64,000 nucleotides of DNA from a bacterium (GTDB lineage: Bacteria; SAR324; JACQKK01), in NCBI GenBank assembly GCA_965240465.1, contig OZ251219.1:832001-896000 (forward strand), read 5' to 3'. The translations under genes and the position numbers were made by a program. Every line of letters starts with the position of its first letter. Position 1 is the first letter of the stretch. Under the pieces are notes generated by a model. It saw nothing but the letters and a program-made list of their open reading frames with translations, did no database searches and was not told the DNA's origin. This document shows positions 30,118 to 39,550 of this stretch, in pieces.

Positions 30118-32427
30118 TCACTTAAAGGCGCGTCGCAGCTGGATCTGTAGTGCCGTGTGCCTTAGCAAAGGACGGTCGTTTTTGGCAGCGATGGCAATGG
30201 CTTTGGGGCTACCCACTAAGATTGCCAGCTGCTTGGCACGGGTGATGGCAGTATAAAGGAGGTTCCGTTGAAGCATTATATGATGCTGAGTGACCATGGG
30301 GGTGATCACGGCAGCGTACTCGCTACCCTGGGCTTTGTGGACGGTAGTAGCATAGCCCAGCACGCAAGATTCCAACTCCTGATCTTGATAGGTGACCTTA
30401 CGCCCATCAAAGAGCAACAAGGTTTGGTTCTTATGAGGAAAATGAGCCACTATTTCACCGATATCACCATTAAAAACTTCATTATCGTAGTCGTTCTTGG
30501 TTTGCAGGATGCGGTCTCCTACTCGGTATTGCCTGTTCCCGCATTGGAAGGTCTGTCCAGTAGGATTTAGCTCTTGTTGCAATAATCGGTTCAGTTCATC
30601 TACTCCTACGGCTCCTCTTTTCATGGGTGCCAAAACTTGAATATCTCTTAATGGGTCTAGGTTAAATCTTTTGGGGATGCGTTCTGTAATCATGTAGATA
30701 ATCTTCTTAGCGGCGTCCTGAGGAGAATCAGCTGGCACAAAAAAGAAATCCTGAGGCTGTTGAGGATTCGGCTTGGTTAGGTCGGGCATGTTCCCTCTGA
30801 GAATGGCATGGGCATTAATAATAATGCGGCTAGACCTAGCCTGACGAAAAATGCTCTCCAAACGCACCGCAGGTAGTAATTTGCTTTTAAGCAAATCATC
30901 CAGCACCCGACCCGCTCCCACCGAAGGTAATTGCTCAACATCGCCCACTAGTACCAAATGACATCGCTCTGGTATCGCCCGTAACAAAGAATACATCAGC
31001 AGGGTATCCAACATGGAACTCTCATCTACAATCACCCACTCCGTAACTAAGGGATGCGAACGATTGCGTCCAAAACCCCTGGGAGAAGCCTCCAATAAAC
31101 GATGTACGGTAGTAGCTGTATGTCCTGTCGCAGTGGCTAGACGCTTGGCAGCTTTACCAGTGGGAGCACATAAAGCCAACTTGTCTAGCCTATCCCCTAA
31201 CAAAGCCAATATAAAATGCACAATGGTGGTCTTGCCCGTACCCGGACCTCCAGTGATAATCAGTACCTTAGATCTTAAGGCTTGCAAAATCGCTTCCCGT
31301 TGCTGCTCGCTGAGAGTCATGCCCGTATCCAACTCCGCCTTCTTTAGCTCCTCCTGCAACAGAATCTTTGAACTCGGCTGATCAGTGCTTCCCATCAATC
31401 TGCTTAGCATTTCCGCTATTTCGCGTTCGGCATGTTCTAGCTTATTCAGCTGTAACCATTGATTAGGTTCTGCTAGAATATCAGCATCAGCACCATCCAC
31501 AGCACCACCCACAGCACCACCCACAGCACCACCCACAGCATCATCCGCAATACCATCCACTTGCGTGCCATTTCCACTCTCAGTCTCCAAAGCATGAACA
31601 TATCCTGCTAAGCAGATCTTGTTGGCAGCTTCATCCATATCCTCCACTGAAGATCCCAGCATCTCGGCTGCCTGCTGCAAAATTGCACCCCGAGGCATGG
31701 CGGTGTGTCCACGATTGCTAGCCTCCTCCAAAGCATACAAAAGCCCCGCCTCCAAACGCTGAGGGTCATCCTGCCCAAGACCATTATGACGTGCCAATAC
31801 ATCCGCACTCCGAAACCCAATCCCCGATACCTCCAATGCCAACTGATAAGGCTTCTTCTGCATCACCTCCAAAGATCTATCCCCGTACAAGCTGTGAATC
31901 CGACCAGCAAACAAAGGCGATAAACCCGCTCCATGCAAAAATAAAAGCACCTCCCGTTGCTGACGCTGAACCTGCCACTCCTCCTCTAAAACCTTTATCA
32001 CTGGACGAGTTATCTTAGGAACCTCCCGCAATCGCTCAGGATGATTATCAATCACCGAAAATGTCTGCTCTCCAAAAGTCTGCACAATCCGCTTGGCAGT
32101 CCGAATGCCAATCCCCTTAAAACTGGCTGCTAAATAACGCTCCATCCCCTCATTTGTATTAGGAGGCAAGGGCTTATATTTCACAAATACAAACTGCAAT
32201 CCATAATCCACATGCTCATCCCAACTACCGCGCAACAATAATCGCTGACCCTCCCTCGCATCTGGCAATAAACCCCGAACAGTTACCACATCCCCACCCT
32301 CCTCGTTGGAAAACCTCCCCACCAAAAAACAATTGTCAGGATTATAAAACGTCACCCGCTCCAACATCCCCACCATCTCTTGACCCCCGCAATCCCTACC
32401 AAACAATAAGTTCTGCTCGCTGTCCAT
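30118..32427 (-). CDS. recD2: ATP-dependent RecD-like DNA helicase RecD2
   Basis: N-terminal OB/HhH region, TGGPGTGKT, APTGKAAKR, VDESSM, GD..QLPSVG, YATTVHKAQGSE, YTAITRAK. Confidence 0.93.
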   Translation of the reverse strand: MDSEQNLLFGRDCGGQEMVGMLERVTFYNPDNCFLVGRFSNEEGGDVVTVRGLLPDAREGQRLLLRGSWDEHVDYGLQFVFVKYKPLPPNTNEGMERYLAASFKGIGIRTAKRIVQTFGEQTFSVIDNHPERLREVPKITRPVIKVLEEEWQVQRQQREVLLFLHGAGLSPLFAGRIHSLYGDRSLEVMQKKPYQLALEVSGIGFRSADVLARHNGLGQDDPQRLEAGLLYALEEASNRGHTAMPRGAILQQAAEMLGSSVEDMDEAANKICLAGYVHALETESGNGTQVDGIADDAVGGAVGGAVGGAVDGADADILAEPNQWLQLNKLEHAEREIAEMLSRLMGSTDQPSSKILLQEELKKAELDTGMTLSEQQREAILQALRSKVLIITGGPGTGKTTIVHFILALLGDRLDKLALCAPTGKAAKRLATATGHTATTVHRLLEASPRGFGRNRSHPLVTEWVIVDESSMLDTLLMYSLLRAIPERCHLVLVGDVEQLPSVGAGRVLDDLLKSKLLPAVRLESIFRQARSSRIIINAHAILRGNMPDLTKPNPQQPQDFFFVPADSPQDAAKKIIYMITERIPKRFNLDPLRDIQVLAPMKRGAVGVDELNRLLQQELNPTGQTFQCGNRQYRVGDRILQTKNDYDNEVFNGDIGEIVAHFPHKNQTLLLFDGRKVTYQDQELESCVLGYATTVHKAQGSEYAAVITPMVTQHHIMLQRNLLYTAITRAKQLAILVGSPKAIAIAAKNDRPLLRHTALQIQLRRAFK

Positions 32428-32603
32428 GCATCACCTCTTACTAAGTCACCTACCCCTACCCCCTCTTAGCATATGCTATTTACTTTCGGTAATGAAAGAC
32501 AAAGCATGATAGCCTTTTAACCAAAAAACATGGAAATATATCTCAATGAAATGAGGCTTTATTGTACCTCCCAACTCGTTAATGTTTATCTGGAATATTC
32601 TCC

Positions 32604-34511
32604 GTGAATGTTTTTACCCAAGAGATTAAAAAACTACTAGGGCATCATCTAAATTTGATGTGGGAGAAACATCCCTCTAAACCAGTCACATATAATTTAG
32701 ATCTGGAAGCCTCGATTGAACATGCCCTGAGTACTCCTCCCCAGCCTGACATGGGAGATTATGCCTTCCCTTGCTTTGTGATGAGCAAGAAAATAACCCT
32801 GACGCCCGCTGAAATTGCCAAGCAATTAGCTGAGTCGGTAGCTGAGCAATTAGCTAAATCGGTAGCTGATGAAGAGCTGAAACCGCTCATTAAGAAAGTC
32901 CAAGCCCAGGGGGCCTATCTAAATATCTGGGTGGACAAGGAAATAATGGTACAAGAGAGCATTCCCAAGGCACTGGATGGCAGTTTATTCAAACCCAAGG
33001 AACTTGAACCTCAAAAGATAGTGGTGGAATACTCTCAGCCCAATACTCACAAGGGCTTTCATGTTGGTCATATGCGTAATGTGGCTTTGGGAGATTGCTT
33101 GGTACGACTACTAAAACAGCAAGGACATGAAGTAATTGCGGCTAGCTACTATGGGGACATGGGTACTCATGTCGCCCGTTGCTTGTGGATGATGAAAAAC
33201 TGTCAAGAGCTAGCTCCTCAGCTGGCTACTAAAAAGCCCAACCCTAGCTATCATATGCGAAGCGAGTGGCTGGGTGAATGCTATACCGCTGCTTGTCAAT
33301 ATTTGCAACAAGCTGACTCACCAGAGCAACAACGCTGCCAGCAGGAGATCGGCAAGTTACTTAAGGATTTAGAAGCGGGAGAAGCGTCTATCCGTAAAAA
33401 TTGGAAAATGACTAGAGAATGGTCTTTGGGCTCATTTAGGGAGATTTATGAATGGCTGGATGTCCGCTTTGATAAAGAATACTACGAATCTGATATGGGC
33501 GAAGAAGGGAAGCGTCTAATCAATAAATATCTGGAGGAAGGAAAGCTGATCCGTTCTGAGGGAGCCATCGGCATTGATCTAGATGAGGGATCCTCGCAAC
33601 AAAAGCTTGGCTTCTTAATGTTCTTGAAATCCGATGGTAATACCCTCTATGCCACCAAGGATTTAGCTCTCGCTAAGACCAAGTTTAATGACTACGACAT
33701 GGACATCTCCATTTATGTAGTGGGAGATGAGCAATCATTTTATTTTAGACAGTTATTTGCGGCCTTTCTCAAGCTGGAAATATCAGCTAGCCCCTATGAT
33801 TTTAGTAAGCGTGTACCTAATGTTTCGCAATCTATTAAGCGTGCCATAAAGTATTGCACATATGATCATCTCTCCTATGGGCTGGTCACCCTGCCCGATG
33901 GCAAGATGAGTTCCCGAGCTGGCAATGTCGTTCTTTTCTCTAAACTCAGAGCAGCAATGACTGAGTACATCTTGAGGAACTACCTTGATAATCGGCAAGG
34001 CGAGTGGACGGAGGAGGAGATTCTAGAAACCACTCGTCGCATTAGTACCGCAGCCATCCGTTATCAAATGGTGAAGCAAGATCCTCTTAAGCCGATTGTC
34101 TTCAGGCTGGATCCATGGCTAGTCAGCGAAGGAGATACGGGGGTTTATCTTTGCTATGCGATGGTACGCATGAATAGCTTGCTGCAGAAAGCAGCCCAAA
34201 AGGGAATTTATCCCGATCCCGCAGCTGACTTCCAAACCCTCACAGACCCTCTGGAGCATATCCTCATCCGCCATATCCATGACCTTCCTTCCATCACTCA
34301 CAAGGCTGCCGAAAGGCTAAAGCCGAGTCTGCTAGCTAATGCCATCTTCCAATTTGCTAAGGATTTCCATCGCTTCTATACGGTTTTGCCCATTCTTAGA
34401 GCGGAAGTGCCGAAGCTTCAGACGGCTCGGTTGACGCTGGTCAAGGCTGCCAGAGAGACCTTAGTGCATGGATTAAATTTGTTAGGTATTACTTCTCCTG
34501 AGCGGATGTGA
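32604..34511 (+). CDS. argS: Arginine--tRNA ligase
   Basis: GDYAFPCF, VEYSQPN..K.FHVGH, KSDG..LY..KDLA, KMSSRAG, C-terminal PERM. Confidence 0.95.
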   Translation: MNVFTQEIKKLLGHHLNLMWEKHPSKPVTYNLDLEASIEHALSTPPQPDMGDYAFPCFVMSKKITLTPAEIAKQLAESVAEQLAKSVADEELKPLIKKVQAQGAYLNIWVDKEIMVQESIPKALDGSLFKPKELEPQKIVVEYSQPNTHKGFHVGHMRNVALGDCLVRLLKQQGHEVIAASYYGDMGTHVARCLWMMKNCQELAPQLATKKPNPSYHMRSEWLGECYTAACQYLQQADSPEQQRCQQEIGKLLKDLEAGEASIRKNWKMTREWSLGSFREIYEWLDVRFDKEYYESDMGEEGKRLINKYLEEGKLIRSEGAIGIDLDEGSSQQKLGFLMFLKSDGNTLYATKDLALAKTKFNDYDMDISIYVVGDEQSFYFRQLFAAFLKLEISASPYDFSKRVPNVSQSIKRAIKYCTYDHLSYGLVTLPDGKMSSRAGNVVLFSKLRAAMTEYILRNYLDNRQGEWTEEEILETTRRISTAAIRYQMVKQDPLKPIVFRLDPWLVSEGDTGVYLCYAMVRMNSLLQKAAQKGIYPDPAADFQTLTDPLEHILIRHIHDLPSITHKAAERLKPSLLANAIFQFAKDFHRFYTVLPILRAEVPKLQTARLTLVKAARETLVHGLNLLGITSPERM

Positions 34512-34554
34512 GGGGTGGGGGGTCGGAGGTGAGAGGGGGGGGGTGGGGGGTGGA

Positions 34555-36045
34555 TTATTTGAACAAGCCCATTTCCTGCAAGCTGGTGTAGTGTTCTTGT
34601 CCAATGATTATGTGGTCTTGGAGGGGAATGCCTAGGGTATTGCCAGATTGAATTAATCCCTTGGTGACGGCAATATCCGCTTTGGATGGTTGAGGATCTC
34701 CCGAGGGGTGATTATGTACCACGATTATGGAGTGAGCATTGTACTTAATGGCTGGGTTGAACACTTCACGTGGATGGATGGGGCTGGCATCCAGAGTACC
34801 TTGGGTGATTAGACATTCTCCGATAAAGCGTCTTTTTTTATCTAGCATTATGATGAAGAATTGCTCTTGTTTAAGAGTTCGGAAGCGAGCTTGGAAGTGT
34901 TTGAAGATTTCCCAAGCAGTTTTAACGGGAGCATGGGTAGGGATGAGTTCAATTTCGAATCGGCGGCAGATTTCCAGCAAGGCACGCAAGTTATCTGTAG
35001 GGATAGATAAGGTTCGGCACCATTGCTGAAGTTCCTGAGGAGGCAGTTCTACCAGGGATTTCAGTCCGTGTTTAGGCAATATATCGGTCAAGGTTTGTGT
35101 TTGCGATTTATCTAGGGAGAAGATGGTTTCCATCAATTGAGGTAGCAAGAGATGTTGTTCTTGTGCTGAGGAAAAGAGTGCTCCTGGGCTATAGTGTGAT
35201 TGAGCTGGGATCTTGAGATACCAGCTGCATGATTGTCGCAAGCAACATTTATAGCAATGGGGTTTTTCTTGGCAGGGTCCCTGGGCATTGAGAGAACCGA
35301 AACCATCACCGAAGTTGGCTAATAGGAAATGGACGGCAGCTGGTCCATATTGAGGATCTTGGAGCATTTGCTGGCTGTCAGCACCGAGTTTGAGAGTTGG
35401 TGATTTCAGCAGTATTTTTTGTGCTACAGATAGGATATTTTCATCAAAGAGCGAGTGCCATACTGGATGATTTAATTTACCGCTGAGGTATCTCCATAAT
35501 AATCTACAGGTAGAAAGGCTAGCTGATGGAAGTAGTCCTGCCGATTGTAGGATAGTCAAGCTGGGAAGTTTCCATTCTGAGGGGAAGCAACCGAGCCAGC
35601 GGTGGGTATCCAGCAAGCTGATCAAGGGAGAAGGGAAAGAACTAGGAAAGCCTTGGCTGTTGAGTACCATAATATCGGAGATGGTTCTTACCACCTTGTG
35701 ATGCCAATGTTTTTCCATGCATTCCAGCGTGTTTTCTATTTGCTCTGGCATGATGTAGAGCGGGTCGGCAACTGAATGAAGACGAAATAGCTCCGCCCAC
35801 TCTCGGTATTTGGAACCTGGAAAGTCGGGAGTTCCGGTCCATTCCAGCAGGGAATGGCAAAGGGATTGGTAAATTTGTTCCTGCAATTCAGAACGGCTGA
35901 AGGCAATCGGCTTCAGGTGGTAACGACGGAATAATCTAAGCACTTCGGGAGTGTATTCCCACGCAGCTAATTGCTCAAACAGCAATACGACCCGATCTCT
36001 TTGAGTCGGCGATTCTGGTATCTGGATCCCCGATCCAATAGCCAT
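34555..36045 (-). CDS. radC: RadC (JAB domain) protein with a large N-terminal extension carrying a four-Cys motif
   Basis: C-terminal QEQF, GTLDASPIHPREVF, HNHPSGDPQPSKAD, DHIIIG; 496 aa, about twice a typical RadC. Confidence 0.85.
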   Translation of the reverse strand: MAIGSGIQIPESPTQRDRVVLLFEQLAAWEYTPEVLRLFRRYHLKPIAFSRSELQEQIYQSLCHSLLEWTGTPDFPGSKYREWAELFRLHSVADPLYIMPEQIENTLECMEKHWHHKVVRTISDIMVLNSQGFPSSFPSPLISLLDTHRWLGCFPSEWKLPSLTILQSAGLLPSASLSTCRLLWRYLSGKLNHPVWHSLFDENILSVAQKILLKSPTLKLGADSQQMLQDPQYGPAAVHFLLANFGDGFGSLNAQGPCQEKPHCYKCCLRQSCSWYLKIPAQSHYSPGALFSSAQEQHLLLPQLMETIFSLDKSQTQTLTDILPKHGLKSLVELPPQELQQWCRTLSIPTDNLRALLEICRRFEIELIPTHAPVKTAWEIFKHFQARFRTLKQEQFFIIMLDKKRRFIGECLITQGTLDASPIHPREVFNPAIKYNAHSIIVVHNHPSGDPQPSKADIAVTKGLIQSGNTLGIPLQDHIIIGQEHYTSLQEMGLFK

Positions 36046-36178
36046 TTTTTATTATTCCATGACAGAGAACAATGGATGCACCCTTAATACAAGGAGATCG
36101 CTTCTTTCTACACCACTTCTTTTGTCTTATTCATTAATTACAATAAACAGCAATCCTAAATTATAATAAATAACAATC

Positions 36179-37315
36179 CTAAAGCGAACCCACTTCCAAC
36201 ACAGAAGGAAATTCACTTATAAATCCTAAAAATAATTGCCACAAATCTATCGGTACCAAATTGCACTTCACCCTAGCACATCCTATACTTCTAAGCAATA
36301 TAAATCTTAAACTTCCTTGAAAAAATTTCTTATCCCGACTCAATAATTGACAGAACTGCTCTTCCGTTAACGGAGGAATAACAATTGGTTTCATCAAGGG
36401 TAACAATGCCTCGCAAATCTGCTGCCACTCCTCTTTTGATAACCCCTCCTTATGATAAGATACCCAAGACGCAAATAACATGCCTACCGCCACCGCCTCA
36501 CCATGAAGACAAGCACCATACTGAGTGTGAGTTTCAATCAAATGACCCAAACTATGCCCAAAATTAAGCAATACTCGCCTACCTTGCTCCCTTTCATCAG
36601 CAGCTACCACCTTCGCCTTAACCCGACAACTTAATTCCACCAACCGAATCCAACCATCAGAAGATATTTCACCCAGCTCGGTCACTCGCTTCTGATAGTC
36701 AAGGGCTCGTTGAAACAAACCCGCATCCGCAATTAAACCATGCTTAATCAACTCAAACCATCCGCTACACAACTGACGCTCTGGCAAGGTGTGCAAAAAC
36801 CTAGTGTCCATCACTACCCCCACCGGATGCTTAAAAACACCAATCATATTCTTGCCTAAGGCATGATTAACTCCCGTCTTTCCCCCAATACTACTATCCA
36901 CAAATGACAGCAAGGTAGTCGGAACATGCCATAAAGGCAAACCTCGCATATAACAAGCAGATGCAAACCCACCCATATCTCCGATAACTCCGCCTCCCAA
37001 AGCAATCACCCCACTCGCACGAGATATACCCAAATCCAACATCTCATTCCAAATCAAGGTCAGCGTATCCAGATTCTTATGCTCTTCGCCAGCCGATACC
37101 TGTATGAAGTCCAAAGGTAATCGCAATGAAACCGCAATTCCCCTCAAGGCTCTTTCCGACCAGCTATTCAAAGAAAGCATCCTCTCATCGGCAATCACTA
37201 CCAACCTCTCCAAACCCAGTGGATTCAATAACTTTTCCAACTCCAAAGCTAAGATCCTCTCCCCGATCAACAAGGGATATTCCCCTCCATCCAGCCTGAC
37301 AATCACCTCTTTCAC
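36179..37315 (-). CDS. aroB: 3-dehydroquinate synthase
   Basis: GGGVIGD, PTTLL..VDSSIGGKTG, KNMIG, LNFGH, HGEAV. Confidence 0.95.
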   Translation of the reverse strand: MKEVIVRLDGGEYPLLIGERILALELEKLLNPLGLERLVVIADERMLSLNSWSERALRGIAVSLRLPLDFIQVSAGEEHKNLDTLTLIWNEMLDLGISRASGVIALGGGVIGDMGGFASACYMRGLPLWHVPTTLLSFVDSSIGGKTGVNHALGKNMIGVFKHPVGVVMDTRFLHTLPERQLCSGWFELIKHGLIADAGLFQRALDYQKRVTELGEISSDGWIRLVELSCRVKAKVVAADEREQGRRVLLNFGHSLGHLIETHTQYGACLHGEAVAVGMLFASWVSYHKEGLSKEEWQQICEALLPLMKPIVIPPLTEEQFCQLLSRDKKFFQGSLRFILLRSIGCARVKCNLVPIDLWQLFLGFISEFPSVLEVGSL

Positions 37316-37459
37316 TTTAGCTTATCTCGTAGGATAATAATTTATTAGCTCATAATTTGATAAAATCTTAATACTATACTCAGTAACAAAGCATTCTTTT
37401 AGCATAAGAAACCATAAAGAATAATCAGACCTATAATACCCCTCCAAGGTCCCCCCGAA

Positions 37460-39406
37460 ATGCCTGTTTCAACAGAAAAAACATCCACAGAAACCTCCCA
37501 GTCCCTCAAAGAAAGCTTGGCTCAACTGCCTTATCAAGTAGGTGTCTACTTGCACAAGGATTCTGAAAATCGCATCCTGTATGTAGGTAAAGCCAAAAAT
37601 CTACGCCATCGGGTGAATAGCTACTTTCAGCCCTCTGCCAAGCTGGGAGTACGATTATCGTCTTTGGTGAGCAAGGTGCATAAAGTGGAGACCATCTGCA
37701 CCGAATCCGAGGCAGAAGCACTCATCCTAGAAGCTAATCTAATCAAAAAACATCGCCCTCGCTACAACATCCACTTCAAAGATGATAAATCCTACCCTTT
37801 CTTCAAACTTACCACCAACGAAAAATACCCCCGCTTGTCCCTCACTCGCGAAAAATGCGAACCCGATGCCGAATACTACGGACCCTTCGCTTCCATATCC
37901 GATGCTCGCGAGACCCTACGACTTCTACAAAAACACTTCCAACTCCGTACCAGCAAAATGAACCTAAACGGCATCAAAACCTATCAACCCTGCATAAACT
38001 ATCAACTGAAAAAATGCCTCGCTCCCTGCAAAGGCGATGTCCCCGTAGCTGAATATCAAAAAGCAGTCCAAAAGGTACGACTATTCTTCCAAGGACGCGA
38101 CCAAGAACTACTCCAATACCTGCGAGAAGAAATGAAAACTCAATCCCAAACCCAACAATATAGAGAAGCCGCCCGCACTCGCGATGCCCTGCACTCACTA
38201 CAACGATTGCTGGAAAAACAACGCGTGGTCCTACCTAATCAGAACGCTCAAATAGATATGTTCGGGCTTGCTCGGCAGTCTGGAGTAGCTGGCATCCAAA
38301 TAATGTTCGTACGCGGCGGACGGCTTATCGGCTCCGATTTCCAACTGCTTGAAACAATCGCTGAACGCTCCAATGCAAAAATACTAGAAGCCTTCCTCAG
38401 TAGATTCTATAGCCGACCACATATAATCCTTCCCCAAGAAATCTGGATCCCCGAATCCTCCACAAAATATGCCGTCCTGCAGCAGTGGCTTATGAAATCT
38501 CACGCAGTCAAAATTACCACTCCCCAACGCGGAAAACGAGCAGCCCTCTTCCAAATGGCACAAGAAAATGCCGCCAAACAACTTAAAAATCGCCTCACAG
38601 GATACCTCCAATCCGAACAACTCACCCTTGTACTACAACGAACCCTAAAACTAAAACACCTCCCCGAACACATTGAAGCCTGCGACGTCTCTCACTTGCA
38701 AGGGCAACATTCTACCGCCGCAATCGTCTGCTGGCAACACAACCAACCCCTCCGTTCTCAATACCGAAGCTATCGCATCCACAAGCATCTAGACACTCCC
38801 GCTCCCGACACTGCTCCCGACACTGCTCCCGACACTGCTCCCAATGATACTGCCGCCATCTATGATGCCATCCTCAGACACGGAAAAAATAAAATCAAAC
38901 TACAACAGCCCATGCCACAACTACTCCTGATAGATGGCGGTAAAGCACAAGCCAATGCAGCCCTTAAAGCCTTGCTAGAACTTGGCATCAGCCCTACCCA
39001 AATGGATATATGTGCTCTGGCTAAAGGACGCAGCCTTAAAAAATCTCCCAATCAAACGCGAAACCCTCTGCGGCAAAGACTAAACACACCTGAATACATC
39101 GTCTTTCCACACCGCAAAGCCCCGCTCTTCCTGCCCGCACACTCCCCGAGCTTATTGTTGCTACAACGCATCCGAGATGAAGCTCATCGCTTTGCTCTGC
39201 ATAAACACCAAAAAATGCGAACCAAATACACCCTCACCAGTACCCTCCAGCAAATCCCCGGGGTAGGAAAACAACGCACCGCCCAACTCCTCAAAACCTT
39301 AGGCAGTCTCAAAAAAGTGAGATCCGCTAGCTTGCAACAACTAGAACAAATCCAAGGCTTTTCAAAGAAACTCGCTAGTACTATTTATCAGCAATTTCAC
39401 CCCTAG
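37460..39406 (+). CDS. uvrC: Excinuclease ABC subunit C
   Basis: GIY-YIG (GVY...YVGKAKNLR), DDKSYP, IDGGK.Q, RDEAHRFA, C-terminal HhH. Confidence 0.95.
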   Translation: MPVSTEKTSTETSQSLKESLAQLPYQVGVYLHKDSENRILYVGKAKNLRHRVNSYFQPSAKLGVRLSSLVSKVHKVETICTESEAEALILEANLIKKHRPRYNIHFKDDKSYPFFKLTTNEKYPRLSLTREKCEPDAEYYGPFASISDARETLRLLQKHFQLRTSKMNLNGIKTYQPCINYQLKKCLAPCKGDVPVAEYQKAVQKVRLFFQGRDQELLQYLREEMKTQSQTQQYREAARTRDALHSLQRLLEKQRVVLPNQNAQIDMFGLARQSGVAGIQIMFVRGGRLIGSDFQLLETIAERSNAKILEAFLSRFYSRPHIILPQEIWIPESSTKYAVLQQWLMKSHAVKITTPQRGKRAALFQMAQENAAKQLKNRLTGYLQSEQLTLVLQRTLKLKHLPEHIEACDVSHLQGQHSTAAIVCWQHNQPLRSQYRSYRIHKHLDTPAPDTAPDTAPDTAPNDTAAIYDAILRHGKNKIKLQQPMPQLLLIDGGKAQANAALKALLELGISPTQMDICALAKGRSLKKSPNQTRNPLRQRLNTPEYIVFPHRKAPLFLPAHSPSLLLLQRIRDEAHRFALHKHQKMRTKYTLTSTLQQIPGVGKQRTAQLLKTLGSLKKVRSASLQQLEQIQGFSKKLASTIYQQFHP

Positions 39407-39467
39407 CCAACAAAAGAGAGAGAGGGGAGGAGGGAGCGGGAGCAGCTAGCAACAACGTGCAGTCCTC

Positions 39468-39502
39468 AAAAAGAAAAAGGTAGTGAATTAATACTCACTC
39501 CC
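39468..39502 (-). terminator. Degenerate rho-independent terminator for lipoprotein 1
   Basis: Imperfect copy of the gggagtgagt/actcactccc hairpin followed by a U-run on the minus strand. Confidence 0.55.
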
Positions 39503-39550
39503 AGAAAAATGCTCGGCTACCTTTTTTAAGCAGTCGGGAGGGGGTCTAGC

